The notes beneath the pieces are model-generated. The model worked only from the letters and a program-made list of their open reading frames with translations. It had not been told where the DNA came from and ran no database searches. From positions 1-35,807 of IMG/VR virus record IMGVR_UViG_3300035491_000275: 35,807 nt of DNA; one strand, written 5' to 3'. This document shows positions 34,932 through 35,807 of the stretch, piece after piece; position 1 is the first letter of the stretch; each line of letters begins with the position of its first letter. The position numbers and the translations under genes were made by a program. Origin of the DNA: a virus. Lineage: Duplodnaviria > Caudoviricetes.

Positions 34932-35807
34932 ATCGCCCACACCCATGGATTCGACATGGTTAATGTACACCTTGATAGCCACGTGATCTAGTTCCAGACC
35001 ATCTCCGTCGATACGAAGAGATTGATCTACTTGACCCGTGACTGATTTCTTACCAAGACGCTTAGCCACCTTTCGGCGCTCTTTGTCATGGTACGATACC
35101 AGTTCCAGCAAGGAATCGGACATGTCATCCGGATCACCGTGGTAGAACACTTCGATCTTGGCTATGTCACCCACGGCACCAGCAGTAGGTGCTGCTGAAG
35201 ACATAAGCTTCAGTGTCTCCAGGTCCTCCTCAGAGAACAGACCAGAGTCGGCAGTGACGGCGTCTTCAATGGTACATAGGATACTCGAGATGTCCACGTG
35301 ATCACCTACTTTTACCAGACCTCGGATGGTCTGATCAAAGCGTACAACGATCGTTTTCACCTTGGTAACTTCTGACACCAATTGCTTAGCCAACCAGTCA
35401 TCGATGGCACTACTATCTTCCAATGTATAACCTGCTTCCATCAGCGCAGTACGTGCGATAATACCGGCTTTCCATTGCACCTGACCTTTCACCCGCTTAG
35501 ATGGAGTGAAGAAACCCGAGTTGTACTTGACGATATCGCCCTTTTTGACTTTATCACCGAGTTTAAACTCAGAGGCCTGGTATTGCGGATAAACACTGCC
35601 GGCGGAGATACCGAACTGAGTAGTCAAGTCGATATGTTCTACGTTACCGTTTTCATACGCAATGACAATATGGTCATCACTGCGTTCTACTACCTCGCCA
35701 TTGTCTTCAGCAGAGGAGGCAAAGATATCATCTACTCGATGAGCAATGACATGGTCATAGCCGGTAGCGATGGGTGAAGCACGATAACCTTTGGATGCGA
35801 TTACGTG
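34932..35807 (-). CDS. Virion RNA polymerase beta subunit (phiKZ gp178-like), upstream exon, partial
   Basis: Frame is open to the window edge; SPIATGYD, GDKVKKGD, GYTLEDSSAI (bacterial GYNFEDSI) and ends MGVGD at the intron. Confidence 0.9.

Noticed and set aside
1-35807. tRNA/rRNA genes and alternative genetic code
   Set aside because: No cloverleaf or rRNA-like sequence was noticed by eye, and long conserved genes translate intact with all three standard stop codons in use.

Overview
This window is a segment of a phiKZ-like (nucleus-forming, Chimalliviridae-type) jumbo phage genome, coded mostly on the minus strand. It begins with the probable N-terminus of a DNA polymerase and a 4.1-kb array of small acidic proteins that look like deeply diverged paralogs. 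Next come PhuZ tubulin, early accessory islets of tiny membrane proteins (two of them missing from the ORF track) and a compositionally odd region with about 490 bp of non-coding DNA. The centre holds the terminase large subunit, virion structural genes, tail sheath and tail tube, and DHFR. The right end holds two inner-head proteins with S-x-E propeptide motifs, the head maturation protease, and the 3' part of the virion RNA polymerase beta subunit. That gene is split exactly inside its GD|K motif by a 393-nt, ORF-less group I intron. A repeated module of hairpin terminator, 30-bp phage promoter and structured leader that hides the Shine-Dalgarno (SD) site precedes the accessory genes. All family assignments come from motif recognition and remembered synteny; no database searches were run.
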